Positions 1 through 10,794 of a stretch of 37,380 nucleotides of DNA are shown here, piece by piece; the stretch's first letter is position 1, and each line of letters starts with the position of its first letter. The translations under genes were made by a program, and so were the position numbers. Source of the stretch: a virus (lineage: Duplodnaviria; Heunggongvirae; Uroviricota; Caudoviricetes); the IMG/VR virus record IMGVR_UViG_2718218398_000011. One strand, given 5' to 3'. The notes below the pieces were generated by a model. It worked only from the letters and a program-made list of their open reading frames with translations. It was not told the DNA's origin and made no database searches.

Positions 1-258
1 ATGCAAACCGTTATTTTTGGTCGTCCGGGTTGCCCTTACTGTGTGCGTGCAAAAGATCTGGCTGAGAAATTGAGCAATGAACGCGATGATTTCCAGTATC
101 AGTATGTAGATATTCGTGCGGAAGGGATCACTAAAGAAGATCTACAACAAAAGGCAGGTAAACCCGTAGAAACCGTGCCGCAGATTTTTGTCGATCAGCA
201 ACATATCGGCGGCTATACCGATTTTGCTGCATGGGTGAAAGAGAATCTGGACGCCTGA
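1..258 (+). CDS. grxA: glutaredoxin 1
   Basis: 85-aa translation has the CPYC active site and is near-identical to E. coli GrxA as I recall it. Confidence 0.95.
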   Translation: MQTVIFGRPGCPYCVRAKDLAEKLSNERDDFQYQYVDIRAEGITKEDLQQKAGKPVETVPQIFVDQQHIGGYTDFAAWVKENLDA

Positions 259-268
259 TCGTCTGACA

Positions 269-300
269 AGCCCTCGCATTGAGGGCTTTATTGATTTTTT
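269..300. terminator. hairpin plus T-run between convergent grxA and ybjM
   Basis: aagccctc-gcatt-gagggctt stem-loop followed by ttattgatttttt; sits at the ends of both genes. Confidence 0.5.
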
Positions 301-665
301 CTGTGCTGTGGTTTAAACAAACTACTGATAAATAAGAAACACAATGCCCCCAGCGCACACCAGAACACCGCACTTAATAACCATGCCAGCTCTTGCCAGA
401 ATGAGCGCGTCGGTGAAAAAAACAGCCGCATAATGAGCATCGAGCAGGGTGCCGCCAGCATTGCGCCAAACAGAGGTTTCAGGACTTCTCTACGATGTGA
501 AAAGAAGCTGGCAACTGCACCAGGAAGAATGAAAAATAGCAAACCGATTTCAGGATGCCCGGCAGCCCGAAAAGCGCCTTTCATGTGCGTCGCCAGAAAA
601 AGACACACCACAATGAAGAGGACAAAACAGCAGATTGCCCCCGCCCAACGTTGTTTATGTTTCAC
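288..665 (-). CDS. ybjM: inner membrane protein YbjM
   Basis: 125-aa hydrophobic ORF between grxA and ybjL, matching the K-12 gene order and length of YbjM; identity is from context and memory. Confidence 0.65.
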   Translation of the reverse strand: MKHKQRWAGAICCFVLFIVVCLFLATHMKGAFRAAGHPEIGLLFFILPGAVASFFSHRREVLKPLFGAMLAAPCSMLIMRLFFSPTRSFWQELAWLLSAVFWCALGALCFLFISSLFKPQHRKNQ

Positions 666-933
666 TCGTTCCTCCTGACACTGCGTCTATCGAACACATT
701 TTTCGCCAGTGTGGCGTTCAGTAAGATAAAGCCGCTTCGCATTCCATGCTAATATAGGCCAACGCAATTCATATAGCCGTTGATACCTAATGTGATTACA
801 CTAGTAAAATATATTGTTACTTTACTATCGTTTAGGTGCGCTGAATGAATCTGCGCCCTGAATTCTGGTAAAAACATTATCGTAAATTACCATTTCTTTC
901 AACAGCTTACTAGTAAACAAGAAGTTAGCCTCC

Positions 934-2619
934 GTGAATATAAACGTCGCCGAATTGTTAAATGGGAATTACATTCTGTTATTATTTGTGGTCCTCGCGC
1001 TTGGGCTATGTCTCGGGAAATTACGACTTGGTTCGATCCAACTGGGTAATTCCATTGGCGTTTTAGTCGTATCGCTGTTATTAGGCCAACAACATTTCAG
1101 CATTAACACCGACGCGCTTAATCTTGGCTTTATGCTGTTTATTTTCTGCGTCGGGGTCGAAGCCGGACCGAACTTTTTTTCCATTTTTTTTCGCGATGGG
1201 AAAAATTACCTAATGTTAGCACTGGTGATGGTTGGCAGTGCGCTGGTGATCGCCTTAGGGTTAGGTAAGCTGTTTGGCTGGGATATTGGCCTGACGGCCG
1301 GTATGTTAGCTGGCTCTATGACGTCGACACCGGTTCTGGTCGGTGCTGGCGATACACTGCGTCATTCCGGCATGGAAAGCAGGCAGCTCTCACTGGCACT
1401 GGATAATCTGAGCCTCGGGTATGCCTTAACCTATTTAATCGGTCTGGTGAGTTTGATTGTTGGTGCGCGTTACTTGCCGAAATTGCAGCATCAGGACTTA
1501 CAGACCAGCGCCCAGCAAATCGCCCGCGAACGTGGCCTGGACACTGATGCCAACCGTAAGGTTTATTTACCGGTGATCCGCGCCTACCGCGTCGGCCCGG
1601 AGCTGGTGGCCTGGACCGACGGCAAAAATCTGCGTGAACTGGGTATTTATCGACAAACTGGCTGCTACATTGAACGTATTCGACGTAACGGGATTCTGGC
1701 AAATCCAGACGGTGATGCGGTGCTACAAATGGGCGATGAAATAGCGTTGGTAGGCTATCCCGACGCCCACGCCCGACTCGATCCCAGCTTCCGTAACGGC
1801 AAAGAAGTTTTCGATCGTGACCTTCTCGACATGCGTATCGTCACTGAAGAAGTGGTCGTTAAAAACCATAACGCCGTTGGCAAACGTCTCGCACAACTGA
1901 AGTTGACCGATCACGGTTGCTTCCTTAACCGCGTCATTCGTAGCCAGATTGAGATGCCGATAGATGACAACGTCGTGCTTAACAAAGGTGACGTTTTACA
2001 AGTCAGCGGCGATGCCCGTCGCGTAAAAACCATCGCCGATCGCATCGGCTTTATCTCGATTCATAGCCAGGTCACTGACTTGCTGGCATTCTGCGCCTTC
2101 TTTGTTATTGGGCTGATGATCGGGATGATCACCTTCCAGTTCAGCACATTCAGTTTCGGCATGGGAAACGCTGCCGGGTTGTTATTCGCCGGAATTATGC
2201 TGGGATTTATGCGCGCTAACCACCCGACCTTCGGTTACATTCCGCAGGGTGCATTAAGCATGGTGAAAGAGTTCGGCTTAATGGTGTTTATGGCAGGCGT
2301 TGGTCTGAGCGCCGGTAGCGGTATTAATAACGGCCTGGGCGCGATTGGCGGTCAGATGTTGATTGCCGGATTGATTGTCAGTCTTGTGCCAGTGGTTATC
2401 TGTTTCTTGTTCGGTGCTTATGTATTGCGAATGAACCGCGCACTGTTGTTCGGCGCAATGATGGGCGCACGCACCTGCGCGCCGGCAATGGAGATCATCA
2501 GTGATACAGCTCGCAGTAACATCCCGGCGCTGGGCTATGCGGGCACCTATGCAATCGCCAACGTCCTGCTGACGCTGGCAGGGACAATCATCGTCATGGT
2601 ATGGCCAGGATTAGGATAA
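934..2619 (+). CDS. ybjL: putative transporter YbjL (AAE family, TrkA-C domains)
   Basis: 561-aa polytopic membrane protein with a central soluble region; length and context match E. coli YbjL. Confidence 0.9.
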
Positions 2620-2732
2620 AACTGAAGTTGCCCTGAAAATGAAATTTTTTTTGCACAACCGCAGAACTTTTCCGCAGGGCATCAGTCTTAATTAGTGCCA
2701 CTGCTTTTCTTTGATGTCCCCATTTTGTGGAG

Positions 2733-2775
2733 CCCATCAACCCCGCCATTTCGGTTCAAGGTTGATGGGTTTTTT
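2733..2775 (+). terminator. rho-independent terminator downstream of ybjL
   Basis: cccatcaacc ... ggttgatggg stem followed by tttttt. Confidence 0.5.
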
Positions 2776-2833
2776 GTTGCCTGAAATTTAAGCTGTTTAA
2801 AATCATGATGTTAGAAACACTGTTTTTTAACGA

Positions 2834-2855
2834 TGGCGACAAAATGGCGGCAGCG
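2834..2855 (+). repeat. candidate attL core
   Basis: tggcgacaaaatggcggcagcg, repeated with one mismatch at 37341..37362; immediately adjacent to the ogr stop. Confidence 0.5.
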
Positions 2856-3074
2856 TCAAAGAGAGAGCGCCACCTGTCCTGATTTCATTGGATGCGGCTG
2901 AACCGGATTTGACTCTTTTGGCGTTGCAATCGAACGAACAAAAGTTTCATGGGTAACAAAAGTATGGCTGCAGTTAATGTTCTGGCACTGGTTGTAACGC
3001 TCTTTGGTCAATGAAGATACCTGAAAACTGCTGCGAGTATGGGCGGCACTTCCACACAGTGGGCAAATCATCAT
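2856..3074 (-). CDS. ogr: Ogr/Delta zinc-finger late-gene activator
   Basis: CPLC...CQNINC C4 zinc finger; 72 aa from the ATG preceded by GGGAGA; resembles P2 Ogr. The track ORF starts further upstream at 3107. Confidence 0.85.
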   Translation of the reverse strand: MMICPLCGSAAHTRSSFQVSSLTKERYNQCQNINCSHTFVTHETFVRSIATPKESNPVQPHPMKSGQVALSL

Positions 3075-3164
3075 TTTTCGAGTTCTCCCCATTTTTGCTA
3101 AATTCACAATAATGATACCGCATTATTCCATTTTGAAAACTTAAAAGTTCTCCATTGCGAAGAA

Positions 3165-4265
3165 TCATTCCATTTCGAAATCATCAATCTTCACTTCAAG
3201 CTCCAAACTGGTCGTAAAACCGTTATTCGGGCTGACAGTATGCGTCAGAGTCGTAATGGTCCATTCCGCATCATCTATCGGCTGTTTAAAGCCACTGACT
3301 TTCACTGGCATTTCCGTGTAGAGATCTGCCCGACCTTCTGCCAGTTGTAGCGAGAATGACGCAACGCCGCGTTGCAGGCGTTCCCACTGCATTTTCGCCG
3401 CCCGTTCGGCGTTGCTCCGGTTGGCATAGGTGCGATTAAGTACCAGCACGTTTTCATCTGTACCCACCAGGTAATCGCCCTGCTTCGCTTCCGGCTCTTT
3501 CTTCTGCTTCTTAGTCCTGCGCTTACGCTTCACCGTGGTGCTTTCTTTCTTCGCGGGTTCGCGGGTATGCAACCAGCTGGCAATTACGCCCGTGTAGGCT
3601 CCGCGATCTGCCAGGGTAAAGCGGTGACTGTCGCCGTCCTTACGTGTGATTGAGATCACCGGCAGTGGTTTACCGCTGGCGCTTTTGCCCTGTCCCTGCC
3701 GGATGAATAACAGATTGCCATTTTTCACCGACGCGATGGCACCGTACTGGCGCGCCAGCCGCATCAGAAAACTGCCGTCACTCTCATTAGTCTGGTCTAT
3801 ATGCTCCACGGGCTTATCCGACAGGTCTTTACCCAGTGCCATCTTCAGCTTATGACGCGCGGCTATTTCCTTCACCACTTCCCCGACAGTGGTCTTGTGC
3901 CACGATTTTTCACGGCGGGTATTCAGCGTTTCCCTAAAATCAGCACTTCGCGCCCGGATAGTCAGGCGGTCCGGTGCGCCAGTGTGTTCAATCTCGTCCA
4001 CTGTGAATGCCCCTTTCGGGAAAAGCGGCTGCCCCTTCCAGCCCAGCGCCAGCGTAATAACCGCACCACGGCGCGGCAGCACGATTTTTCCGTCAGCGTC
4101 ATCCAGCTCCAGATCAAGCTGGTCCGCTTCAAAGCCCCGGTTATCCGTCAGCGTCAAACTCATCAGGCGGTTATCCAGCACAGTGGTGATATCCCTGCCC
4201 TCAATACTGATGCTGAATGCGGGAGTTTTGTTGCCTTTGTTAAGCAGTTCAGAGCTGAAATTCAC
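3165..4265 (-). CDS. D: tail protein D (late control gene D)
   Basis: 366-aa translation is P2 gpD-like; position after U and T. Confidence 0.9.
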   Translation of the reverse strand: MNFSSELLNKGNKTPAFSISIEGRDITTVLDNRLMSLTLTDNRGFEADQLDLELDDADGKIVLPRRGAVITLALGWKGQPLFPKGAFTVDEIEHTGAPDRLTIRARSADFRETLNTRREKSWHKTTVGEVVKEIAARHKLKMALGKDLSDKPVEHIDQTNESDGSFLMRLARQYGAIASVKNGNLLFIRQGQGKSASGKPLPVISITRKDGDSHRFTLADRGAYTGVIASWLHTREPAKKESTTVKRKRRTKKQKKEPEAKQGDYLVGTDENVLVLNRTYANRSNAERAAKMQWERLQRGVASFSLQLAEGRADLYTEMPVKVSGFKQPIDDAEWTITTLTHTVSPNNGFTTSLELEVKIDDFEME

Positions 4266-4747
4266 GACAGCAGCCCTCCCACCGTTTTACTGATATCGCT
4301 TAAGGCAGACGTTGCCGTGTCCTGCAGATTATTCAGTTGCGCACTGAGATCACCGAACATATCGGACAGGGATTCATCCACTCGTTTGAGCGACAGGGTG
4401 AACTCAATCCGGCGCGGCATACCGTCGCGGAAAAACTCCGTTTTAGTCTGATTCAGTCCCTCAATCACATACATGCCGTAAATCGTGCCGCTGCCTTCAA
4501 TCAGGGGCCATGCTTTCCCCTGTTCTGCCATCTGCTCCAGTGCCAGCAACGACAGCCTGCCGCCTGTTATTTCCGGCATAAGAACACCGGAAAGCGTCAG
4601 CATGTCGTTTTCCGGTCCCAGAAACTGCGTGGACGGACGTCGGTTTACCCGACTGTTTGCCGCATGTCGCCAGCTGCGTTGATACTGCAGTTCCTGATAC
4701 GGAACGGTGCGCAGCATAAACACGTACAATCCCAGCACCATCATCAT
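4262..4747 (-). CDS. U: tail protein U
   Basis: 161 aa, P2 gpU-like; start overlaps the T gene stop. Confidence 0.85.
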   Translation of the reverse strand: MMMVLGLYVFMLRTVPYQELQYQRSWRHAANSRVNRRPSTQFLGPENDMLTLSGVLMPEITGGRLSLLALEQMAEQGKAWPLIEGSGTIYGMYVIEGLNQTKTEFFRDGMPRRIEFTLSLKRVDESLSDMFGDLSAQLNNLQDTATSALSDISKTVGGLLS

Positions 4748-7700
4748 GCGTCGTATCCCCCCTGATCGCTGTAGTTACTCCTGGCTTTTGCCTTCAGCCT
4801 GCGTTCACGTTCATCAAGCTGGCGTGCCACCTCCCGCGCAATATCCTGCGCACTTTGTCCTGGCTGCGTCTGAATGATGATCTGCGTCGGTGCCTCAATC
4901 CGTTGAACGAGCGGCACAGTGGCTGCGCGACTCACAATTGCTTCTCCACCTTTCGCGGGAAGTGCCAAGGGGTGCAACGGTGGAAGCTCTGCTGGCGCGG
5001 CAGCAACGCCCATCATTCCGGCAACAACGGCAGCCAGTGCAGCTGTATTTCTCCGGCTGGTCACATTTGCCGGGCCGTTAACAATTTCCGGTCCGTTTTC
5101 ACCGACGATGCCAAACTGCCCGCGCGGGATATACCCGCCGCTGTCATACATCCCCGCAAAGCCATATCCCCATGATGGAAAACCACCCGATGGCATCATC
5201 ACTTTACCGTCTGCATTCACCGTCGCAGGTTGCTGACGCGTCACGCTTTCCGGCAGTTTTGCCTTTGCGGCCTCTTTACTGACAATGCCGAGCTTCTCCA
5301 GCAACCAGGAAACGCCGGATTTCAGGGAGTCCAGCGGATGCATGACCATATTCAGCCCTTCCGCCAGTGCCTCCCCGAATCGCCGCCCCATTGCCGCTGC
5401 GCTCTGCAGTTCGGCAGAGGTCGACTTAACGGGCGTCAGCAGATCAGTAAACCAGCCCCACAGCGCCTGCACTTTGTCGCCAATCCACTGGAACACGGGC
5501 TTAAGCGGTTCGAACGCTGCACTGATGGGACCTGCCGCCGCTTTGAATCCTTCCACCACGCCACCGAGAAATGCGGTGATGGGTTGCCAGTATTTCCAGA
5601 CAACCAGCGCCACGCCCGCCAGTGCAGTAACCACAAGACCTATCGGACTGAGCAGAGCACCTAACAGACCAGATATGGCATACAGGGCAACGCGCAGCAT
5701 CGCCAGTGGACCAGATGCCAGTACTCGCAGCACCGTGCCTGCGGCGGCCAGTCCACCGCGCAGTACCGCCAGAGGATTCATAAACATCACAGCAACAGCA
5801 CGTAAACCGGATAATCCAGACCGCAAAAGTGCAACTGGCGCACCTGCTACAGTTTTCAGGACATTTCCCGTCAGTGATGCCGTGCGGCGCAAAGACGACA
5901 ACGGCGCAGTAAGTAAACCTGCGGCGTTGCCCGATGAAGCAAGCCCGCGTCGCAGCAGTGCCAGTGGAGCGCCAGCCAACCAGGACAACGCGTTGCTGGT
6001 TCGAGTTACTGCTGCCATAACGGAAGGTAACGTTTTGATACCCAGCACAGAGAATCCCAGACGGATCACTGCCAGCGGCCCCAGCACTGCAGCCATCGCC
6101 ACCGCTAAGGTGCCTAGGCCGACGGTAACCGCAGCCACAACAGCCGATGCTTTCATCAGTGTGCCTGTCAGTTCCGGGTTAGCTTCCACCCAGCGACGCA
6201 ACGCCCCCGTGACGCTTTTCACCGTGTACAGAATATCCATCAGCGGCTGGCGCAGCGTTTCGCCCAGACTGCTGAAGGTGTTCTGCGCTCCGGTTTTGAC
6301 CAGCAACCACTGCGCAGAAAGTGAATCCTTGTTAATGTCGGATTCTTTCTGCATGGAGCCGAGCGCATCATTGCCCGCTGTCAGTTTTAACTGACGCTGC
6401 AGTTCCGGCAGGTTGTTTGCCAGTTTCGCCGCATCATCGCCAAACTCTTTACCAAACAACATAGTCATGGCAGACAGGCGCTTGTCCTGCGGCAGCGCGT
6501 TTACCTTCTCCAGCACGCGCTGGATGGTTCCCATCGCATCCTTCGTCATCTGCTTTTCAATCACTTCAGGATTGAGTTTCAGCAGATTCATCCCTTCAAA
6601 GAAACTCTTGCTTTGCATGGTGGCAATGGACAATTCACGCACCATCGCGTTTGCTGCACTGGCTGCAACCTCTGGCGCAGCGCCCAGTGTCAGGAAGGTG
6701 GAACCCAGCGCCGCCGCTTTACGATAATCCAGACGGTCAGCCACACCGCCCAGACGTTGCATCACATCAATGATGTCTGCCCCTTTCGACATGGCGTTAT
6801 CATCCAGATAGTTCAGCGCATCGCCGAGCTGTTCAATATTGCGGGTGGGGATTTTGTAGAGCTGGGCGATTTTCCCCAGACTTTCTGACAGTTCATCCGC
6901 TGGCAGCTCAAAGGCTGTTGCCGCCTTTGCTGCCGTACTGGCGAAGGCCAGCAGGTCACGTTTCTGATCTTCCCAACTGTCGTCAGGGTTTGCGACGTTC
7001 ATGCGCGCACCACCTTCAACCAGTGCAGCGAAATCCACCGCACCGTTTTCCATCGGCAACTGTTCGCTGGCAGCCTTGATGGCATCCTGCATTTCATAAA
7101 AACGTGCAGTGCGGTTGCCATTATCGTCACGCAGACCATTGACCTGCTTTGCCACACCTTTCATGGCATCTTCCATGCTGGTATAGCTTTTTACTGCCGC
7201 CATCACTGGTGCGCCCATTGCCAGCCCTGCAGCCGTGGTGGTGGCTCCGGCACCTGCAATACGATCACGCACCTCCAGCGAACGGGCATAACTGGCACGC
7301 GCTGCATTCATCCTGCGCTGAGCTTCCCCCAGTCGCTTCAGCCGCGCCTCCTGTTTCGAAAGTTCCTGGTTATAACGTGATGTTTCACGGGCTAAACGGG
7401 CAGTTGCTCCCGCATCGTCTTTCGCAGAAATTCCCGCCCGGTACAGTTCAGCACGCACAAGCGCCGTCTGCTGCTGCAGCTTTTTCTGGCGTTCTTCCAG
7501 GCGCTGAACAGCCAGCCGTTGACGGCCCAGAGCAACAACCTGACGTTGCGAAGGCGGCCCCATCGCTCCCAGTTCCTGACTGAGCAAATTTGCACGCTGG
7601 CGGGCATAGTTCAGCCTGTCGCCTAATTTCTGATTTTCTGCCTGCAGCTTTCGGAAGCTGTCCAGACTGCTCCCGGCCTGATCAAGCTGCTTTATTGCAT

Positions 7701-7821
7701 CGCGGGATTTTTTGACAGCAGCAGCCAGTTCTCTTGAACTGGCCTGCGCAGATCGAAATGGGCGGGTAAGCTTGTCAACCGCATTAAGAATGACCTGCAG
7801 ACGCAGGTTGTTATCACTCAT
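4744..7821 (-). CDS. T: tail tape measure protein
   Basis: 1025 aa, N-terminal coiled-coil and Ala/Gly/Leu-rich repeats typical of tape measure proteins; position after E/E'. Confidence 0.9.
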   Translation of the reverse strand: MSDNNLRLQVILNAVDKLTRPFRSAQASSRELAAAVKKSRDAIKQLDQAGSSLDSFRKLQAENQKLGDRLNYARQRANLLSQELGAMGPPSQRQVVALGRQRLAVQRLEERQKKLQQQTALVRAELYRAGISAKDDAGATARLARETSRYNQELSKQEARLKRLGEAQRRMNAARASYARSLEVRDRIAGAGATTTAAGLAMGAPVMAAVKSYTSMEDAMKGVAKQVNGLRDDNGNRTARFYEMQDAIKAASEQLPMENGAVDFAALVEGGARMNVANPDDSWEDQKRDLLAFASTAAKAATAFELPADELSESLGKIAQLYKIPTRNIEQLGDALNYLDDNAMSKGADIIDVMQRLGGVADRLDYRKAAALGSTFLTLGAAPEVAASAANAMVRELSIATMQSKSFFEGMNLLKLNPEVIEKQMTKDAMGTIQRVLEKVNALPQDKRLSAMTMLFGKEFGDDAAKLANNLPELQRQLKLTAGNDALGSMQKESDINKDSLSAQWLLVKTGAQNTFSSLGETLRQPLMDILYTVKSVTGALRRWVEANPELTGTLMKASAVVAAVTVGLGTLAVAMAAVLGPLAVIRLGFSVLGIKTLPSVMAAVTRTSNALSWLAGAPLALLRRGLASSGNAAGLLTAPLSSLRRTASLTGNVLKTVAGAPVALLRSGLSGLRAVAVMFMNPLAVLRGGLAAAGTVLRVLASGPLAMLRVALYAISGLLGALLSPIGLVVTALAGVALVVWKYWQPITAFLGGVVEGFKAAAGPISAAFEPLKPVFQWIGDKVQALWGWFTDLLTPVKSTSAELQSAAAMGRRFGEALAEGLNMVMHPLDSLKSGVSWLLEKLGIVSKEAAKAKLPESVTRQQPATVNADGKVMMPSGGFPSWGYGFAGMYDSGGYIPRGQFGIVGENGPEIVNGPANVTSRRNTAALAAVVAGMMGVAAAPAELPPLHPLALPAKGGEAIVSRAATVPLVQRIEAPTQIIIQTQPGQSAQDIAREVARQLDERERRLKAKARSNYSDQGGYDA

Positions 7822-8250
7822 CGTTGGCCCCGCTTCTCTGAATCGCTTTATACCGCCATTCCAGCACTTCGGTCAGCGGCATAACGTCAGTAACGGATGG
7901 CGGCCAGTGAAAAATGGTGGCGATATCTGCCACCAGATCGTCAACCGTCAGGCTGTCGGTAAACCGGCAAGCACCGACTTCTTCAACAAAAAAGTGACAA
8001 CCTCAACCGACATGGCAGTGAGATCTGCCGGGTCCATCTCTGCAATTTCCTGTGCAGTCAGTGCCGGACTGGAGATGCGGGGGATCACGGTCATCATCGC
8101 GTTTACATCCATATCCATAATGGCCTGCAGGCGTGTACCGCGCAGCGCACCGGACTGCGGTTTACGCAGCACAATTTCGGTGATTTCTGTTTTACCGCGC
8201 TTGATGGGGGTATCCAGTTGAATGGTCTTTTCAGTCTGCTTATCGCTCAT
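7814..8250 (-). CDS. tail assembly chaperone E+E' (programmed -1 frameshift product)
   Basis: Slippery heptamer T TTT TTG on the minus strand at about 7987..7993; the -1 frame stays open for about 58 codons to a TGA at 7814..7816, overlapping the T start. Confidence 0.55.
7948..8250 (-). CDS. E: tail assembly chaperone E
   Basis: 100-aa ORF ending VTFLLKKSVLAGLPTA; P2 gpE-like, between FII and T. Confidence 0.8.
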   Translation of the reverse strand: MSDKQTEKTIQLDTPIKRGKTEITEIVLRKPQSGALRGTRLQAIMDMDVNAMMTVIPRISSPALTAQEIAEMDPADLTAMSVEVVTFLLKKSVLAGLPTA

Positions 8251-8304
8251 TTTGCTGTCCTGTCAATTGGGTTCTGGCGCGGTATCCCGCGCCGTTCAGA
8301 TATA

Positions 8305-8820
8305 TCAGAGGCCGAGGGCGTTGCGGTGCGCTTCCATCAGGTCCACACCGTCCACAATTTCCACCATGTTGATAAGGTCCACTTCATAGAGCACCTCACC
8401 ATTGATGGTCAGCTTCGCGTAGCTGTTGGTACTGGTCACTTTGGTGGTGTTGCTTTCGCCCGTCTTCCACTCGCCGGAATCCACTTCTTTGTGACGTCCA
8501 CGCACGACAAGCTCCACGGCCTGCACTTCCCCGGTATCGTCACGCTGAATAGAGCCGGTAAAGCGCAGCTGGATGCCATCCACCGTGGCTTTACCCATCT
8601 GTTTAAACAGCAGCAATTCAGTACCACCAATGGAAAATTCTGTGTCCAGCGCACTGTCATCAAGCCCCAGATCCACATCCACCGCACCCGGCATTCCGCC
8701 GCCGCGATACTTCTCATATTTGCGGGTAAATTTCGGCAGCGTCAGCGACTCAACGATCCCCTGCCAGTTGTTCCCGTCGTTAAACAGGTTCAGGTGTTTT
8801 AATTTGCGTGGTAAAGCCAT
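8305..8820 (-). CDS. FII: tail tube protein FII
   Basis: 171 aa, P2 FII-like. Confidence 0.9.
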   Translation of the reverse strand: MALPRKLKHLNLFNDGNNWQGIVESLTLPKFTRKYEKYRGGGMPGAVDVDLGLDDSALDTEFSIGGTELLLFKQMGKATVDGIQLRFTGSIQRDDTGEVQAVELVVRGRHKEVDSGEWKTGESNTTKVTSTNSYAKLTINGEVLYEVDLINMVEIVDGVDLMEAHRNALGL

Positions 8821-8829
8821 GTTGTCCCC

Positions 8830-10002
8830 TTACGCGCTGACCTGGCTGGCGAAATTCACCAGGTACTGATCGGTGATGCGCTGACGCAGCATCAGGTTTT
8901 CAAGTGGCGGCACTGGCGTGTAGTCGTAGTCGATGGTGAGTTTTCCGGCTTTCAGCGTGTCTTTGTCGTTCACCGACTCATCCAGCCAGCAATCACCACC
9001 AATGAGATAGCCCTGACTGACCAGGCTGCGCATTTTGGCGCGGATACCTTCGATAATGTCGCGGGCCAGCGACGGGTTAAGCGGTTTATCCACCGCCCAC
9101 ATGTGTGCTTCTGCCATCGTGTCCATCAGCACCTGCGCCGTGCGGGTGTAGTTTTCGAAGGCAAAGAGCGGGTCATCACTCAGGCAGCGGGAACCCCAGA
9201 AGCGGAAACCGTCTTTACGCACAAGCGTGGTGACGTCGTTCTGGTTCAGCAGACCTGCATCGGTTGCCGGGTCCTGCAGATCCCAGAACACATCTGCAGA
9301 AATTCCGGTGACACCGTTCACGCCCACGTTGGACAGGCTTTTGTGCCATCCGGTCTGCTCGTCAATTTTGGCGCGCAGACCAAGCGCACGAGCGGTGGCA
9401 TATGCCGTTGCTTCGGCATTCAGCACCGTGTCCCAGCCAGTAAAGTCAGGCCAGATCAGCATCCCTTCGCGCTGGCTGAAGTTTTCGCGGTAAGTGATCG
9501 CCTCCTGCACTGTCTTGCAGCCATACGCTGACAGGTAAGCAAATCCACGCAGGCTTTGCGCCACGCTCAGCAACTCAGTAGCCACCGCCTTGGTGTCGTG
9601 GCCTGGCACGCCGAGAATGCGCGGTTTAACGCCGAGCTGTGACTGGGCAGATAACAGGGCTTTCATACCTGTTTTTTTACCTTCAGCAGTCACTGCGCCG
9701 ATGATATTGGTCGTGGTTTCGTCTTCCGTTTCACCCTGCGGCACACGCACAACAATGGTCACGGGTTTTGCCTGGTCAGCGATGGCATCCAGCGAACGGG
9801 CCAGAGTACCGGACTCACCCGCTTTACCGCTGGCAGTCAGCACATCAGTGATCAGCACGGGTTTATTAAGAGGAAACATTTTTGCATCGGCATCATCGCC
9901 CGTGCAGACCATACCCACGATGGCGGTGCTCACCGTGGTAATAGATCGGGTGCCTTCGTTGACTTCAACAACGCGCACCCCGTGGTGGTAATCCTGAGCC
10001 AT
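8830..10002 (-). CDS. FI: contractile tail sheath protein FI
   Basis: 390 aa, P2 FI-like. Confidence 0.9.
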   Translation of the reverse strand: MAQDYHHGVRVVEVNEGTRSITTVSTAIVGMVCTGDDADAKMFPLNKPVLITDVLTASGKAGESGTLARSLDAIADQAKPVTIVVRVPQGETEDETTTNIIGAVTAEGKKTGMKALLSAQSQLGVKPRILGVPGHDTKAVATELLSVAQSLRGFAYLSAYGCKTVQEAITYRENFSQREGMLIWPDFTGWDTVLNAEATAYATARALGLRAKIDEQTGWHKSLSNVGVNGVTGISADVFWDLQDPATDAGLLNQNDVTTLVRKDGFRFWGSRCLSDDPLFAFENYTRTAQVLMDTMAEAHMWAVDKPLNPSLARDIIEGIRAKMRSLVSQGYLIGGDCWLDESVNDKDTLKAGKLTIDYDYTPVPPLENLMLRQRITDQYLVNFASQVSA

Positions 10003-10078
10003 AGTGGCGAACCTCCTGATTGGATTAGGCTTCGCCCTATGTTGAAGTGATTGTGCCTGACAAACAGCTAAACGCAGT

Positions 10079-10096
10079 TGTGTCGTTATTCACACA
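10079..10096. promoter_or_regulatory. candidate Ogr-dependent late promoter element (PF-like)
   Basis: TTGTGT-N8-ACACAA dyad (TGT-N12-ACA core), about 85 bp upstream of the FI start. Confidence 0.45.
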
Positions 10097-10144
10097 AAAT
10101 AACGGTATTTGTCTGCTTGCAGGGATAATCAACATAATGCTGAT

Positions 10145-10717
10145 TCAGGGGGATTCATTGATCTTATTTGCCGGAAATTTTCTATAAATGGTAGAAACGC
10201 CTACATCAAAAATCAGTGCAATACGCTGTCTTGATTCTCCGGCCTCGAGTAAACGCCCAATCTGTGCCCACTGTTCGGTGGTCAACTTAGGACGGCGTCC
10301 ACCTACTCTGCCTTTGGCACGAGCTGCAGCCAGCCCTGCCCTGGTACGTTCAACTATCAGTTCGCGTTCCATTTCAGCCAGGGCACCCATGACATGAAAA
10401 AAGAAACGGCCCATTGGGGTACTGGTATCAATACTGTCAGTCAGGCTTCTGAAATTCACACCACGCTGGCGCAACTCTTCTATCAGCGTAACAAGATGCC
10501 GCATACTGCGCCCCAACCTGTCCAGCTTCCAGACAACCAGCGTGTCTCCTGCCGATAGTGTCCTGAGTAGTTTTTTCAGCCCCGGTCTGTCGGACTTAGT
10601 GCCACTGATTTTGTCCTCAAAAATCCGCTCACATCCCGCGCAGTTCAGTGCATTACGTTGCAAATCGGTGTTCTGGTCATTTGTTGACACGCGTACATAG
10701 CCAATAAGCATGATCAT
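10145..10717 (-). CDS. serine DNA invertase (Hin/Gin/Pin/Cin family)
   Basis: N-terminal GYVRVSTNDQ serine-recombinase motif and C-terminal HTH; 190 aa; adjacent to an inverted-repeat crossover site. Confidence 0.9.
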   Translation of the reverse strand: MIMLIGYVRVSTNDQNTDLQRNALNCAGCERIFEDKISGTKSDRPGLKKLLRTLSAGDTLVVWKLDRLGRSMRHLVTLIEELRQRGVNFRSLTDSIDTSTPMGRFFFHVMGALAEMERELIVERTRAGLAAARAKGRVGGRRPKLTTEQWAQIGRLLEAGESRQRIALIFDVGVSTIYRKFPANKINESP

Positions 10718-10766
10718 CCCCCTGAATAAAAACCGGAGATGATGCCAGTTAGCTGTTACCTCTGCA

Positions 10767-10794
10767 TTTTCTTAAACGTTGGTTTGGGAGAAGC
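10767..10794. repeat. inversion site, left (gix/hix-like)
   Basis: TTCTTAAACG-TT-GGTTTGGGAGAA; the inner half and core are the exact inverse of the site at 12623..12650. Confidence 0.6.

Noticed and set aside
433-752. Plus-strand ORFs of 81 and 65 aa
   Set aside because: Antisense to, or overlapping, ybjM; no support.
2620-2833. Possible integration into a tRNA or small RNA gene
   Set aside because: The 213 bp between ybjL and the att core shows only a terminator hairpin and no tRNA-like acceptor or anticodon structure.
4855-7583. Several long plus-strand ORFs (for example 5285..6394 at 369 aa, 5230..5664, 7149..7583)
   Set aside because: They are antisense to the tape-measure gene T, are low-complexity Ala/Ser/Pro/Thr/Arg-rich, and have no start context; they are shadow ORFs of a GC-rich coding region.
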